A stretch of 64,000 bases of DNA from an uncultured Chroococcidiopsis sp. (GTDB taxonomy: Bacteria > Cyanobacteriota > Cyanobacteriia > Cyanobacteriales > Chroococcidiopsidaceae): positions 32,001 through 96,000 of the forward strand of contig CAXTYC010000006.1 in assembly GCA_964248365.1 (NCBI GenBank), written 5' to 3'. How positions within the stretch are numbered: position 1 is the first letter of the stretch; each line of letters starts with the position of its first letter. A program made the translations under genes and the position numbers. Positions 9,784 through 22,654 of the stretch are shown one piece after another. Under the pieces are notes generated by a model that worked only from the letters and a program-made list of their open reading frames with translations, was not told where the DNA came from and searched no databases.

Positions 9784-9965
9784 AGTTCCGTAATCCATTC
9801 ACCAGGTACAATATCACCGTTTTGTAGCAGGTAAGCTCTTGGTAAGACAGGACTGAGAGTTATCAACAACCAAATGCCCGTATTTTCATCATAAAGTCTG
9901 AATTGGAGTAGTTCTAAAGTTTCCAAAGCATTTAAAATCAGATATTGTGCTTCTGTCGGTTCCAC
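9780..9965 (-). CDS. Small hypothetical protein (61 aa), upstream partner of a coupled pair
   Basis: GTG start; the C-terminus NGDIVPGEWITEL is echoed as NGDIVPREWISQL in the duplicated fragment at ~9473-9515. Confidence 0.62.
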   Translation of the reverse strand: MEPTEAQYLILNALETLELLQFRLYDENTGIWLLITLSPVLPRAYLLQNGDIVPGEWITEL

Positions 9966-10198
9966 TAGGGATATAATTTTGTAGATTTACCAAGCGTGAT
10001 TTTACAGCGAATAAAGAATTCTTTGATACAGAAGATAAGTGGCGATCGCACCATTCCACCTTACTTAAATGCACTGCTGTGAAACGTTAAACTCAAAGCA
10101 ATATTTTTTATGTTACTGGGGAGGAGTGAACCTCCAAACTTTGTTACCTGGCTAAGCCTGTTAACGAGAATATATAGATATAAAGGAGTTTTGGTAGT

Positions 10199-10981
10199 GT
10201 GAAACGATATTTTGATGTATTGAAGCTATTATGGGGGGCAGCGATCGCAGCTGAGCTAGAGTACCGAGTCAACTTTATTCTCGCTACACTCACCAGTCTA
10301 GGTAATCTCTCAGGCAGTTTGTTTGGACTGTTTTTGTTCTATCGCACTGGTTACACTTTCCAAGGATGGCGATGGGAGGAAGCTTTGATAGTGCTGGGCA
10401 TTTTTACTTTGCTGCAAGGCTTTTCCAGTACTTTTCTGGCTCCTAATTTGAACAAAATAGTCGATCATGTCCAAAAGGGAACGCTGGATTTTGTATTATT
10501 AAAACCGATCAGTAGTCAGTTTTGGCTTTCTATTCACACTCTCTCACCTTGGGGAATACCAGATATATTATTTGGAGCAATATTAATTGGCTATGCAGGT
10601 GGGAGACTCGGTTTAAAAATCAGTGACTACCTAATCAGTGTTATTCCGCTTGTATTTGGTCTTGCCAGCCTCTACAGCCTATGGTTTATGCTGGGAGCAA
10701 CTAGCATCTGGTTTGTCAAAATTTACAACGTTACAGAGGTGCTAAGAGGTCTACTGGAAGCGGGGCGGTATCCTATGGTTGCTTATCCCATTGCTTACCG
10801 TTTCTTCTTTACGTTCGTTGTGCCTGTAGCTTTCTTAACTACTGTTCCCGCTGAAGCAATGCTAGGTCGTGTGCAGATAGGTTGGGTAGTTGGTGCAGCA
10901 GTGTTAGCGGTGTGTCTATTAATTGTAGCCCGTTTCTTTTGGGGTTTTGCCCTGCGGTTTTATACCAGTGCTTCTAGTTAG
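10199..10981 (+). CDS. ABC-2 type exporter second permease
   Basis: Motifs LEYRVNF, GTLDFVLLKPISSQF, GRYP and FLTTVPA; multiple TM segments; AAGGAG RBS. Confidence 0.88.
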   Translation: MKRYFDVLKLLWGAAIAAELEYRVNFILATLTSLGNLSGSLFGLFLFYRTGYTFQGWRWEEALIVLGIFTLLQGFSSTFLAPNLNKIVDHVQKGTLDFVLLKPISSQFWLSIHTLSPWGIPDILFGAILIGYAGGRLGLKISDYLISVIPLVFGLASLYSLWFMLGATSIWFVKIYNVTEVLRGLLEAGRYPMVAYPIAYRFFFTFVVPVAFLTTVPAEAMLGRVQIGWVVGAAVLAVCLLIVARFFWGFALRFYTSASS

Positions 10982-11171
10982 TTATACCAATTCTATTTGT
11001 TTTTGCATAGATTTGATCCCCCCAACCCCCCTTAATAAACCCCTGCGAGGGGGGATCGTTTGTGGCGTAGTTACAAAGAACTGGTATTAGATATTCGCCG
11101 CTAGACAGAGGAATTGTGTCAGTTTGTTTGAAATCAATGGAAAGAGCAAGACAAGTTAAGAGGGACAATTG

Positions 11172-12041
11172 ATGGAAACGACACGGCTGGGAAAAACTGA
11201 TGTGACTATCAGCGCGATCGGTTTGGGGGGAATGCCTATGTCAATAAGCAGTAGACCCCCAGAAGACCAATCAATTAAGGTGATTCATCGCGCCCTCGAT
11301 CTAGGTGTGACTTTAATAGACACAGCTGATTCATATTGTCAAGATGAGTCAGATAAACACCACAATGAGCGACTAATTAGCAAGGCACTGAGGCAGTATC
11401 AAGGGGATGTTAGCCAGGTGATCGTAGCCACTAAGGGGGGTCTGATGCGTCCTAATGGTAGCTGGACTCGCAACGGCAACCCCGACCACTTGCGGGAGAC
11501 AATTCGAGTAAGTTTTGAGTCTCTAGGCGGCGAAAAACCGATTGATGTTTGGCAATATCACGCACCTGATCCAAACTACACGATTGAGGAATCACTTACA
11601 CCTGCCAAAGAAGCTGTGGAAAAAGGTTTAATTCGGTTTGTGGGTGTTTCTAATTTCTCGGTTGAACAAATTAAACGCGCCCGTGATGTGGTTGATATTG
11701 TATCTGTCCAAAACCAGTACAACCCTTGGCATCGTCAGCCGGAATCTGATGGCGTTCTGGAGTACTGTGAAAAGAATGGTCTAACTTTCCTTCCTTGGAG
11801 TCCTTTAGGTGGTAGCAGCCGCGTTAAAAGGCTAGAAGATTTTCCAGTCATCTGTGAGCTAGCGAAGGAAAAAGGAGTATCAGTATACGCAACTGTACTC
11901 GCATGGCTGCGGGCAAAGTCTCCCTGCGTAGTGCCTATCCCTGGTGCTAGCAAAACGGGCAGTATTGAGGATTCGGTGCGATCGCTTGACGTAAAACTTT
12001 CGCCCCAGGAAGTAAAGCAAATTGACGAGACTAGCAGCTAG
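11172..12041 (+). CDS. Aldo/keto reductase
   Basis: Motifs IGLGGM, IDTADSY, VATKGG, VGVSNFS, SVQNQYN, PWSPLGG and PIPGAS. Confidence 0.93.
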   Translation: METTRLGKTDVTISAIGLGGMPMSISSRPPEDQSIKVIHRALDLGVTLIDTADSYCQDESDKHHNERLISKALRQYQGDVSQVIVATKGGLMRPNGSWTRNGNPDHLRETIRVSFESLGGEKPIDVWQYHAPDPNYTIEESLTPAKEAVEKGLIRFVGVSNFSVEQIKRARDVVDIVSVQNQYNPWHRQPESDGVLEYCEKNGLTFLPWSPLGGSSRVKRLEDFPVICELAKEKGVSVYATVLAWLRAKSPCVVPIPGASKTGSIEDSVRSLDVKLSPQEVKQIDETSS

Positions 12042-12044
12042 AAG

Positions 12045-12404
12045 AGGGCAGAGTTGCCCCCCAGCAGAGTTGCCCCCCAGCAGAGTTGCCCAGGGGGAGA
12101 GTGGGAGATAAATTTATATCCATATGCTCTAGCCTCTAGTTCCTCCAGCCCCTAGCCCCTAGCCTCCAGCCCCTAGCCCCTAGTCACTGGTTCCACTGGT
12201 TCCACTGGTTCCACTAGCCTCTAGCCTCCAGCCCCTAGCCCCTGGTTCCTCCAGCCCCTAGCCCCTAGCCCCTAGTTCCACTGGTTCCTCCAGCCCCTAG
12301 CCCCTAGCCCCTAGCCTCTGGTTCCACTGGTTCCTCCAGCCCCTAGCCCCTAGCCCCTGGTTCCACTGGTTCCTCCAGCCCCTAGCCCCTAGCCCCTAGC
12401 CCCT
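12045..12404. repeat. Composite tandem-repeat tract between convergent genes (CAGAGTTGCCCCCCAG, CCCCTAG, TGGTTCCAC/TGGTTCCTC units)
   Basis: Directly visible; higher-order blocks such as GGTTCCTCCAGCCCCTAGCCCCTAGCCC recur. Confidence 0.9.
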
Positions 12405-14097
12405 CAGAAAAACTATAGATTTTTTGGGTTTCTAGTTGGCTAAAGATGGATGAAGGTAGGGTTTGCTTACTAAAGGTTTGTCGATCTAGCTTGACTTGTA
12501 GACCACTTAAAGGATCGTCGCCTGGAGAAACCAAAAATTCAAGTTGCTCGATGTAAGGCAAAGCTGCTACACTATCCAAAATTTGGGCGATCGCCTGTAA
12601 ATATGGGTGATTGTGTTGCTTATACCAATCCGCAGCAGCAATTTTCGCCTGATCGAAACCTAAGTGAACAGTCAAAGAAGGTTTACCGAAAAGGGCGATC
12701 GCTACTGGTCTTGCTTCTTCCTGTAATAATAGGTGATGGTTTCTGGCTAAATACCGCAGTTTTTCTAGGCGATCGTATCTTTCTGTTACGGCTAAAGGTT
12801 CATCCTGCCAGTGTAAAGCTACAGTAACAAGATAAGTCTGTAATAGCATATGACCCAATTTTTGGGCTTTTGTCGCTAGATAATTGGAATTATAGTCAGT
12901 GGCTTCAATTAGTAACGGCACTCGATCTACCACTTCCAAACCATAACCTTTCAACCCAGCAATCTTGCGAGGATTGTTTGTAATTAGGCGAATTTGCTTT
13001 ACTCCCAAATCGTTTAGCATCTGCGCCCCCATACCATAATCTCGCAAATCAGCAGGGAACCCCAAACGCTCATTTGCTTCGACTGTATCCAAGCCCAAAT
13101 CTTGTAACGAATAAGCTTTTAATTTATTAACTAAACCAATTCCCCGCCCTTCTTGCCGTAGGTAGACGACTACACCGTTACCTGCATTTTCAATCATTTT
13201 CAAAGCCGCTTGTAGCTGCATCCGGCAGTCACAGCGTAAAGAACCCAAAGCATCACCTGTGAGACATTCTGAATGCATTCGCACCATCACAGGTTGATCT
13301 TGAAATTCATCTGGCTTCCCCTTGACAATTGCGACGTGTTCTGTATCGTCTAGGGTATGTCGATAAGCGTAAATTTGGAAATTACCAAACTCGGTGGGTA
13401 GATTAGTGACAGTTTCGCGGACAACAAAGCGATCGTGCTTGAGACGATAGCTAATTAAATCGGCAATGCTGATAATTTTTAGTTGATGAAGTTTTGCATA
13501 TTCAAACAGTTGGGGCAATCGTGCCATCGAACCATCAGGATTTTGGATTTCACAAATTACCCCAGCTGGATAAAGTCCAGCTAATCTGGGTAAATCAACA
13601 CCCGCCTCTGTATGTCCTGCGCGTTTGAGGACTCCTCCTTCTCTTGCCCGAATGGGGAAGATGTGTCCAGGGCGGCGTAAATCTGAGGGTTTTGTACCTG
13701 GGTTGATGGCTACTTGGATAGTACGGGCGCGGTCTTCAGCTGAAATTCCAGTTGTGACACCTAGATGATATGCAGCATCAATGCTGATAGTAAAGGCAGT
13801 TTGGTTACTGTAGGGAGTATTATGGCTTTCGGGAATGTTGCTTACCATCAAAGGCAAGTCGAGTTCATCGAGGCGATCGCCCGTCATTGCCAGACAAATC
13901 AGCCCCCGTGCATACACTGCCATGAAATTAATCATATCCGGTGTAGCAAACTGGGCGGCGCAAATTAGGTCGCCTTCATTTTCTCGGCTTTCATCATCTA
14001 CCACTACAACCGAACGCCCAGCTTTGAGGTCTGCTAAAGCGGCATCTATTGAGTCAAACTGAAAAGATTGATTTAAAGTGTTCTGAGGCTGCTGCAC
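12382..14097 (-). CDS. ribBA: Bifunctional DHBP synthase / GTP cyclohydrolase II with cyanobacterial C-terminal extension
   Basis: Motifs [46 protein letters not shown] and TNNPRK. Confidence 0.96.
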   Translation of the reverse strand: MQQPQNTLNQSFQFDSIDAALADLKAGRSVVVVDDESRENEGDLICAAQFATPDMINFMAVYARGLICLAMTGDRLDELDLPLMVSNIPESHNTPYSNQTAFTISIDAAYHLGVTTGISAEDRARTIQVAINPGTKPSDLRRPGHIFPIRAREGGVLKRAGHTEAGVDLPRLAGLYPAGVICEIQNPDGSMARLPQLFEYAKLHQLKIISIADLISYRLKHDRFVVRETVTNLPTEFGNFQIYAYRHTLDDTEHVAIVKGKPDEFQDQPVMVRMHSECLTGDALGSLRCDCRMQLQAALKMIENAGNGVVVYLRQEGRGIGLVNKLKAYSLQDLGLDTVEANERLGFPADLRDYGMGAQMLNDLGVKQIRLITNNPRKIAGLKGYGLEVVDRVPLLIEATDYNSNYLATKAQKLGHMLLQTYLVTVALHWQDEPLAVTERYDRLEKLRYLARNHHLLLQEEARPVAIALFGKPSLTVHLGFDQAKIAAADWYKQHNHPYLQAIAQILDSVAALPYIEQLEFLVSPGDDPLSGLQVKLDRQTFSKQTLPSSIFSQLETQKIYSFSEGLGARG

Positions 14098-14440
14098 AAA
14101 GAATTTCGGGGTAAAGAAACTGTAAAGTTTATTAAACTTCGCTTATTTTTGATTTTAGCTGCTTTGAATGTATAGCTGTTACGAGAACGCTGTTAGCCTT
14201 GCGCTGACTTAGTTCCTCTTTGTTTCTAGCAGATGGTTATCCTTGTAACCAGGCGCGTCAATTGTGTTGCTACTCGCGCTTTCGCTAAAAGCTAATCGCT
14301 AAAAGCTAAAAGCTAAAAATAGCAAAAATTGTTGCAACTAAAGTCTAACTTTTAGTACTACAATGCAGCGAAAGTTAATAAGCGCCTGCTGAGAGCGAAT
14401 CACTTTTAACAACAAAAGCGTATTTTAAGGATTGATCATC

Positions 14441-15499
14441 ATGGGCAATGAAGGACGCGTATCGGTAGGAATTGTTGGCGCGTCAGGATATGGCGGGGTG
14501 CAACTGGTAAGACTGTTAATGGATCATCCAGAAGTAGAACTCGTCTATTTAGGCGGCGATAGTAGTGCTGGCAAGTCTTTTGCAGACATTTACCCACATT
14601 TTGCTCATCGGGTAAACCTGCCAATAGAACCAGTAGATCCAGAAATAATTGCCTCTCGGTGTGAGGTAGTATTTCTCTCACTGCCGAATGGTTTTGCTTG
14701 TCAAATGGCTCCATTACTGGTAGAGAGAGGATGTAAAGTTTTAGATTTATCTGCTGACTATAGATTTAGCGATCTGGAAACCTACCAAACCTGGTATGGC
14801 AAACAAAGAAACGATTACAGTGTAGCGGCACTCGCTGTTTATGGCTTGCCAGAACTGTACCGCGATCGCATCGCCGAAAGTCAGCTGATTGGTTGCCCTG
14901 GCTGCTATCCTACCGCTAGTCTATTGGCACTCTCACCACTGCTCAAGCAAGGCTTAATTGTCCCTGAAACTGCTATTATCGATGCTAAATCCGGCACTTC
15001 TGGCGGTGGTAGGCAAGCTAAAACTGGATTACTGCTAGCTGAAGCAGACAATTCTCTAGGAGCATATGGCGTTGCTAGTCATCGCCATACCCCCGAAATT
15101 GAGCAAATTTGTAGTGATTTAGCTAGTCATCAAGTGACAGTACAATTTACCCCCCATTTGATTCCAATGGTGCGCGGCATCTTAGCAACTGTTTATGCTA
15201 CACTACGCGATCCTGGCTTGATCAGAGAAGATTTGATCACTATTTATACAGCTTTCTACCGTAACAGTCCTTGGGTATCTATTTGTAACAGTGGCATTTA
15301 TCCTCAAACAAAATGGGCTTGCGGCAGTAACCTTTGTTACATCGGGATCGAAGTTGACCAAAGGACTGGACGGGTAATTGTTATGTCAGCGATTGATAAC
15401 TTAATCAAAGGACAAGCAGGACAAGCCATCCAGTGTTTGAACTTGATGATGGGTTGGGACGAGACATTGGGATTACCCAAGTTAGGGTTTTATCCTTAA
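14441..15499 (+). CDS. argC: N-acetyl-gamma-glutamyl-phosphate reductase
   Basis: Motifs [36 protein letters not shown] and [11 protein letters not shown]. Confidence 0.96.
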   Translation: MGNEGRVSVGIVGASGYGGVQLVRLLMDHPEVELVYLGGDSSAGKSFADIYPHFAHRVNLPIEPVDPEIIASRCEVVFLSLPNGFACQMAPLLVERGCKVLDLSADYRFSDLETYQTWYGKQRNDYSVAALAVYGLPELYRDRIAESQLIGCPGCYPTASLLALSPLLKQGLIVPETAIIDAKSGTSGGGRQAKTGLLLAEADNSLGAYGVASHRHTPEIEQICSDLASHQVTVQFTPHLIPMVRGILATVYATLRDPGLIREDLITIYTAFYRNSPWVSICNSGIYPQTKWACGSNLCYIGIEVDQRTGRVIVMSAIDNLIKGQAGQAIQCLNLMMGWDETLGLPKLGFYP

Positions 15500-15607
15500 G
15501 AGGGGCTAGAGGAACCAGAGGAACTAGAGGAACCAGAGGCTAGCTTGAGTATATAAATATTATCTCCCCAGCCCCCCAGCCCCTCTGCTCCCCAGCCCCC
15601 CAGCTCT

Positions 15608-16897
<1,290 letters not shown>

Positions 16898-17184
16898 CTA
16901 TCTTGTGTCCTTGGTATGAGTGCGTTTCTAGCGAGTTGCCAACAGTTAAGTTACCCTACCCGATTGTTTAGCATAGGGGTTTACGAGACTCTAGTAGTTG
17001 AGGTTAACGAAGATTTTCTGGGATGATGTTAGAGCATCTTGAGATTAGTTTAGTTTCCCGCACCCGTTGGGCTTGACTTGTATTTAAATTGATTTTTCTA
17101 CGATTTATCAGCCTTTAGCTATTAGCCATAAACTATAAGCAATCTTAAGATCTAAATCAGTAGTCAAGGAATCAGGAGGAAACT

Positions 17185-17619
17185 ATGCGATTACTACACA
17201 CTATGTTGCGGGTTGGCAACCTGGAAGAGTCCTTGAAGTTCTACTGTGAAATCCTGGGGATGAAGTTGCTGCGGCAGAAAGATTATCCTGGGGGCAAGTT
17301 TACCTTAGCTTTTGTTGGCTATGGTGATGAGTCTGAGCATACGGTTTTAGAACTAACCTACAACTGGGAAGTCGAGCAGTACGACTTGGGTAATGCTTAT
17401 GGTCATATTGCCATTGGAGTTGATGACATTTACAGCACTTGTGAGGAAATAAAGGCACGGGGCGGTAAAGTTGTAAGAGAGCCAGGACCGATGAAACACG
17501 GTTCGACGATAATTGCTTTTGTCGAAGATCCTAATGGTTATAAAGTAGAACTGATTCAGGAAAGTTCCAGAACAAATACTGCTCAGCCCTCGTCGCAACG
17601 TCAATTGGTATCTCAATAA
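17185..17619 (+). CDS. gloA: Lactoylglutathione lyase (glyoxalase I)
   Basis: Motifs [25 protein letters not shown] and [22 protein letters not shown]. Confidence 0.96.
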   Translation: MRLLHTMLRVGNLEESLKFYCEILGMKLLRQKDYPGGKFTLAFVGYGDESEHTVLELTYNWEVEQYDLGNAYGHIAIGVDDIYSTCEEIKARGGKVVREPGPMKHGSTIIAFVEDPNGYKVELIQESSRTNTAQPSSQRQLVSQ

Positions 17620-17909
17620 GAGGCGCTATAGCTAGAGGCGCTATAGCTAGAGGAACCAGAAGAAGAGGGGAAAAGGGGAGAATCATTAATTACGCTCTTA
17701 CGAATTACCTTTACCGCAATACCTCTTTACCCTTTACCCTCTCGCCTTTTGCTTGCCTCTTGCCCCAGCGCTCGCCCCTCACTGCCAGGTAGTAATGGTA
17801 GGCTAATAACGATCGCGCTCTTAGTCCCAAATCGTCCAGCAACTTTCGTTCAATATTTTCTTTTTAGATTAAATCTAAGATCCCCTATTCAAAATACAAA
17901 ATTGTCAAG

Positions 17910-20552
17910 ATGCAGCCCACTGACCCGACTAAATTTACTGATGAAGCCTGGGAAGCAATTGTAAAATCTCAGGATGTAGCACGACGTTTTCAGCAACAGC
18001 AGCTAGAGGTCGAGCATTTAGCTATTGCTTTACTAGAACAAAAGGGACTGGTCGATCGCATCCTAAGTCGATCCTCTGTTGATGTAACACGATTGCGAGA
18101 GCAACTTGAAGCTTTTACAGCGCGTCAGCCCAAAGTTGGTAAGAGCAGCCAACTTTACCTCGGTCGTCATTTAGACTCGATGCTAGACCGAGCAGATGCA
18201 ACCAAAGATAATTGGCAAGATAAGTTCATTTCGGTTGAACATTTACTTGTGGCTTTGGCAGAAGATGAACGAGTTGGTCGTCGGTTACTCAAAGGCTTTA
18301 ACCTTGATCCATCAGGGTTAGAATCTACAATTAAGGCTGTTCGAGGTAGCCAAAAAGTCGTAGATCAAGCTCCTGAGTCACGCTACGCAGCTCTTGAAAG
18401 GTATGGTCAAGATTTAACCGAACAAGCTAAATCAGGCAAGCTCGATCCGGTAATTGGTCGAGATGAAGAAATTCGACGAGTGATTCAGGTATTATCCCGC
18501 CGTAGCAAAAATAATCCAGTTCTGATTGGTGAACCTGGGGTGGGTAAAACAGCGATCGCCGAAGGTTTAGCCCAACGTATTATAAATGGCGATGTCCCCG
18601 AATCTCTCAAAGAGCGTCAACTGATTACCCTGGATATGGGTAGTCTAATTGCTGGGGCAAAATATCGCGGCGAATTTGAAGACCGTTTACGGTCTGTCTT
18701 GCGCGAAGTCACCGAGTCTAACGGTAAAATTGTCCTATTTATTGACGAATTACACACCGTAGTCGGCGCAGGTGGCACAAGCCAAGGCGCAATGGATGCC
18801 GGAAACTTGCTCAAACCAATGTTAGCGCGGGGAGAACTGCGTTGTATTGGGGCAACTACTCTCGATGAATACCGCAAACACATCGAAAAAGATGCAGCAC
18901 TCGAACGCCGCTTTCAGCAGGTATTTGTCGATCAGCCTACGGTAGAAACGACAATTTCGATTCTACGTGGCTTGAAACAACGCTATGAAGTGCATCACAG
19001 TGTTAAAATTACTGATTCGGCACTGGTAGCAGCTGCTACTCTTTCCCATCGCTACATTACAGAGCGCTTCTTACCAGATAAAGCAATTGATTTGGTGGAC
19101 GAGGCAGCAGCTCAGCTGAAAATGGAAATAACCTCCAAGCCAGCCGAATTGGAAGCAATTGATCGGCGGTTGATGCAGTTGGAAATGGAAAAGCTTTCCA
19201 TCGCTGGAGAAGATCAACGCGCCCCTATCACTAGAGAACGTCTAGAGCGGATCGAACAAGAAATCGCCGCACTAAAGGAGAAACAGGAGCAATTTAACTC
19301 GCAATGGCAAGGTGAAAAGCAACTGTTAGATGCTATCAGTGCCATGAAAAAAGAAGAAGAGACGCTGCGGGTGCAAATTGAGCAAGCAGAACGGGCGTAC
19401 GACCTCAACACAGCAGCTAGACTCAAGTATGGAAAATTGGAAGTATTGCAGCGCGATCGCGAAGCAATGGAAACTCAGCTAGTAGAAATCCAAAGTCGTG
19501 GTTCTACTCTGTTGCGCGAAGAAGTAACAGAATCCGACATTGCTGAAATTGTCGCCAAGTGGACAGGTATTCCAGTAAATCGATTGCTAGCATCTGAACG
19601 CCAAAAATTGCTGCAACTAGAAAGCCACCTACACGAACGAGTCATCGGTCAATCTGAAGCTGTCTCGGCTGTTGCTGCTGCTATTCGCCGCGCTAGGGCT
19701 GGGATGAAAGATCCCGGTCGCCCAATTGGTTCTTTCTTGTTTATGGGACCGACAGGGGTGGGTAAAACTGAGCTAGCAAAAGCTTTAGCACAATTTATGT
19801 TTGACTCCGAGGATGCCATAGTTCGCTTGGATATGTCGGAGTACATGGAAAAAGGCTCTGTCATGCGGCTAGTGGGAGCGCCGCCTGGATACATTGGCTA
19901 CGACGAAGGTGGTCAACTATCAGAAGCTATCCGCCGTCGTCCTTACTCGGTTGTGCTACTAGATGAGGTGGAAAAGGCACACCAGGATGTTTTCAATATG
20001 TTCTTGCAAGTGCTAGATGATGGGCGAATCACTGATTCTCAAGGTAGAACAGTTGATTTTCGCAATACTGTGATTGTTATGACCAGTAATATCGGCAGTG
20101 AACATATTCTGGATGTATCTGGAGATGATAGCAAGTACGAACAGATGCAGCAACGAGTCTTGGAGGCGTTGCGATCGCACTTCCGTCCAGAATTTCTCAA
20201 CCGTGTTGACGACATCATCCTCTTCCACACTCTTGACCGTCGTGAACTGCGCCAAATTGTTGGTATTCAACTTAAGCGAGTAGAAAAACTGTTAGATGAG
20301 CAAAAAATTGCTATCAAGCTATCTTCAGCCGCCCAAGATTATCTAGCTAATGTGGGTTATGACCCCGTTTATGGCGCTCGTCCGCTCAAACGCGCGATTG
20401 TGCGGATGGTAGAAAATCCCTTGGCAACTAAGTTATTAGAAGGTTCTTTCACCGAAGGAGACACGATTATTGTAGATTACCAGGACGGTAGTCTATCCTT
20501 TGATCGCCAAACTAAAACGCCCAACAAGCAGCCTGCCATCCCAAGTACATAA
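17910..20552 (+). CDS. clpB: ATP-dependent chaperone ClpB
   Basis: Two AAA+ domains ([16 protein letters not shown]), LFIDELH, a coiled-coil middle domain and YGARPLKR. Confidence 0.96.
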   Translation: MQPTDPTKFTDEAWEAIVKSQDVARRFQQQQLEVEHLAIALLEQKGLVDRILSRSSVDVTRLREQLEAFTARQPKVGKSSQLYLGRHLDSMLDRADATKDNWQDKFISVEHLLVALAEDERVGRRLLKGFNLDPSGLESTIKAVRGSQKVVDQAPESRYAALERYGQDLTEQAKSGKLDPVIGRDEEIRRVIQVLSRRSKNNPVLIGEPGVGKTAIAEGLAQRIINGDVPESLKERQLITLDMGSLIAGAKYRGEFEDRLRSVLREVTESNGKIVLFIDELHTVVGAGGTSQGAMDAGNLLKPMLARGELRCIGATTLDEYRKHIEKDAALERRFQQVFVDQPTVETTISILRGLKQRYEVHHSVKITDSALVAAATLSHRYITERFLPDKAIDLVDEAAAQLKMEITSKPAELEAIDRRLMQLEMEKLSIAGEDQRAPITRERLERIEQEIAALKEKQEQFNSQWQGEKQLLDAISAMKKEEETLRVQIEQAERAYDLNTAARLKYGKLEVLQRDREAMETQLVEIQSRGSTLLREEVTESDIAEIVAKWTGIPVNRLLASERQKLLQLESHLHERVIGQSEAVSAVAAAIRRARAGMKDPGRPIGSFLFMGPTGVGKTELAKALAQFMFDSEDAIVRLDMSEYMEKGSVMRLVGAPPGYIGYDEGGQLSEAIRRRPYSVVLLDEVEKAHQDVFNMFLQVLDDGRITDSQGRTVDFRNTVIVMTSNIGSEHILDVSGDDSKYEQMQQRVLEALRSHFRPEFLNRVDDIILFHTLDRRELRQIVGIQLKRVEKLLDEQKIAIKLSSAAQDYLANVGYDPVYGARPLKRAIVRMVENPLATKLLEGSFTEGDTIIVDYQDGSLSFDRQTKTPNKQPAIPST

Positions 20553-21149
20553 AAAGATCAAGCATCATTTGTTACCCTTTACATTGTAAATTTGCTTAGG
20601 AGGTGAAATTGTCCTGATGTAAACATTTTTGACCCTATGAGTAAGTAATTTTCAGCGAATTAATCTCGATATTTTAGTAGTTATTCTTGTCATGTGGGCG
20701 GAGTGTGGTATCACTACCACACCAAGGGATCTTGCTCGCCCTGATTACCGTGATTTAATTTTATTTGTAAATATCTATACAGCAGAAGAGGTGATAGATG
20801 TAGTAACTATTTAATCGTTAGCTGCTCAAAAAGGGCGATTTTAAGTCTTTTTTGCCTAAAACAGCATCCTGATGTAAATTAAGATTTGTATAGGGAAGTG
20901 TGAAAAAGCGTTATATAATCTTATTGCATTGCTTGCCTTTTTTATAAATAAGTGTTGCTAGGCTGGGAAAGTAAAAAATCATACCTGGGGCTGAGGAGGC
21001 TGTTGACCAAAGATATATGTAATTTGAGGAGGGCGAGGGGGAAAAGAAAATAGCGATCGCTATTTTAATTAATTCAAAGTAATCAATAGTGATCTTGTTA
21101 ATATCGGAAAAATATATCAGACAAAAACCCTTTGTTGGAGGATTTATCG

Positions 21150-22577
21150 ATGACTGATTCTGTAACAATCACTCGCCCAATTCCTAAATCAAAAGATAGA
21201 CTAGCACATTGGTTTCCTTACCTATTCTTGGGTTTATTAGCCAATGCAGCGATTTGGGTTAGTGCTGTAATGTACCTAAAACTGAAAGCACCAACCTACA
21301 CCAGCACATGGGCTATTAACGTACCTGTAACAACAACAGGCGCTAGAGTGTCTCTACCTGACATTGGACAGACCTCTTTTGACAGTACGTCGCCCTACAG
21401 TGTCAGTACTCAAGACCCTAGACAAAATTATAAATTTGTGGCTGAGAGTGATGCCGTATTGAAAGCAGCAGCAGATGGGCTCAATATGTCCCCAGAAGAG
21501 TTTGGTTCACCCAAAATCAAGCTGTCTGACAGCACCTCTATTATTCTGTTCCAGGTACAAGGCTCGACTCCAGAACAAGCTCGAAATAAATCAATGGCTC
21601 TTTACAGAGCCTTGCAAGCAAGAGTAAATGAGCTGAGAGTGCAAGAGTTTGTTCAGCGCGATGCTAGCTTCCAGTCTTCCCTCTCCGCTTCTCAGAAGAA
21701 GTTAGAAATTGCTCAAAAGCGGCTTTCTGATTACAAAGCCCAATCTGGCTTGAACTCCAACGATCAAATAAAATCTCTTTCAGACAACATTGAACAGCTA
21801 CGTAAACAAAGAGCAGAAATAGCAGCTCAACAGCAGCAATCAAATGCTCAGATGAAGCAGCTAGCCGCTAGTTTAAATTTATCCGACCAGGAAGCGGCGG
21901 ATGCTTTTGTGCTTCAAGCAGACCAAATTTTTCAGCAAAACGTCAGAAACTACAGTGAAGCTAGCAGTAATCTAGTTACTTTAAGCGCCAGATTTCTACC
22001 CAATCATCCAACAATTCTTGCTGAAGAAGCTAAGCGAGACGCTGCTAAAGTTGCTCTGCTGAGCCGCAGCCAGTCTCTTTTAGGGCGACCTGTTAGCCAA
22101 GCACTGCTACAAAAATTAAACCTCAATAGTGGTGGGGGGGCGCAAGAAAGCCTTTTCCAAGGATTGATTAATCAGCAAGCACAGAACCGAGGATTTCAAT
22201 CTCAAGCTAGGGAAACTGACAGACAGATTTTGCTACTTGAAAATAGACTCACTAACTTATCTCAAAAAGAAACTACCTTAGAAGCTCTCAAGCGAGATTT
22301 GCAAGTTGCTGAAGCAGTATTTACCTCAACTCTAGCTAACTTAGACATTAGCAGAACAAACGCCTTTGGGTCTTATCCCCTACTGCAAATGATTGCAGAT
22401 CCTAGCTTAGCCAAGGCTCCTAGTTCACCTAAAAAGGATCTTGTATTGGTAGGTGCAGCCGCCAGCTCTTTGTTTATTACCGCTGGAATACTAGGATTAG
22501 GGTTACGTAAACGCCGAAATTTGTTGTTGGAAGAGAAAAAGAAGTTTCGAGTAACTGAAAAAGCATCGGAATTTTAG
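21150..22577 (+). CDS. GumC/Wzz-like polysaccharide co-polymerase without fused tyrosine kinase
   Basis: N- and C-terminal TM helices flank a long coiled coil with the PNHP motif and P..PSSPKK before the second TM. GGAGG RBS before ATG 21150. Confidence 0.8.
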   Translation: MTDSVTITRPIPKSKDRLAHWFPYLFLGLLANAAIWVSAVMYLKLKAPTYTSTWAINVPVTTTGARVSLPDIGQTSFDSTSPYSVSTQDPRQNYKFVAESDAVLKAAADGLNMSPEEFGSPKIKLSDSTSIILFQVQGSTPEQARNKSMALYRALQARVNELRVQEFVQRDASFQSSLSASQKKLEIAQKRLSDYKAQSGLNSNDQIKSLSDNIEQLRKQRAEIAAQQQQSNAQMKQLAASLNLSDQEAADAFVLQADQIFQQNVRNYSEASSNLVTLSARFLPNHPTILAEEAKRDAAKVALLSRSQSLLGRPVSQALLQKLNLNSGGGAQESLFQGLINQQAQNRGFQSQARETDRQILLLENRLTNLSQKETTLEALKRDLQVAEAVFTSTLANLDISRTNAFGSYPLLQMIADPSLAKAPSSPKKDLVLVGAAASSLFITAGILGLGLRKRRNLLLEEKKKFRVTEKASEF

Positions 22578-22654
22578 TAACTCAACATAAATATACTTTT
22601 TTGTGTCTTGTATTTGTGAATAGGTGCGATCAGGGGGTAATAGGAGCAACACGT

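Noticed and set aside
12045..12404. Possible CRISPR array
   Set aside because: Units are 7-16 nt tandem motifs with no unique spacers, and there are no cas genes in the window.
14380..14400. TPP or FMN riboswitch in the ribBA/argC spacer (GCTGAGA present)
   Set aside because: The remaining conserved riboswitch elements are absent.
20694..20712. Yfr1 sRNA gene on the minus strand
   Set aside because: It lacks the ACTCCTCACAC core, the terminator and the usual guaB/trxA context; kept only as a possible target site.
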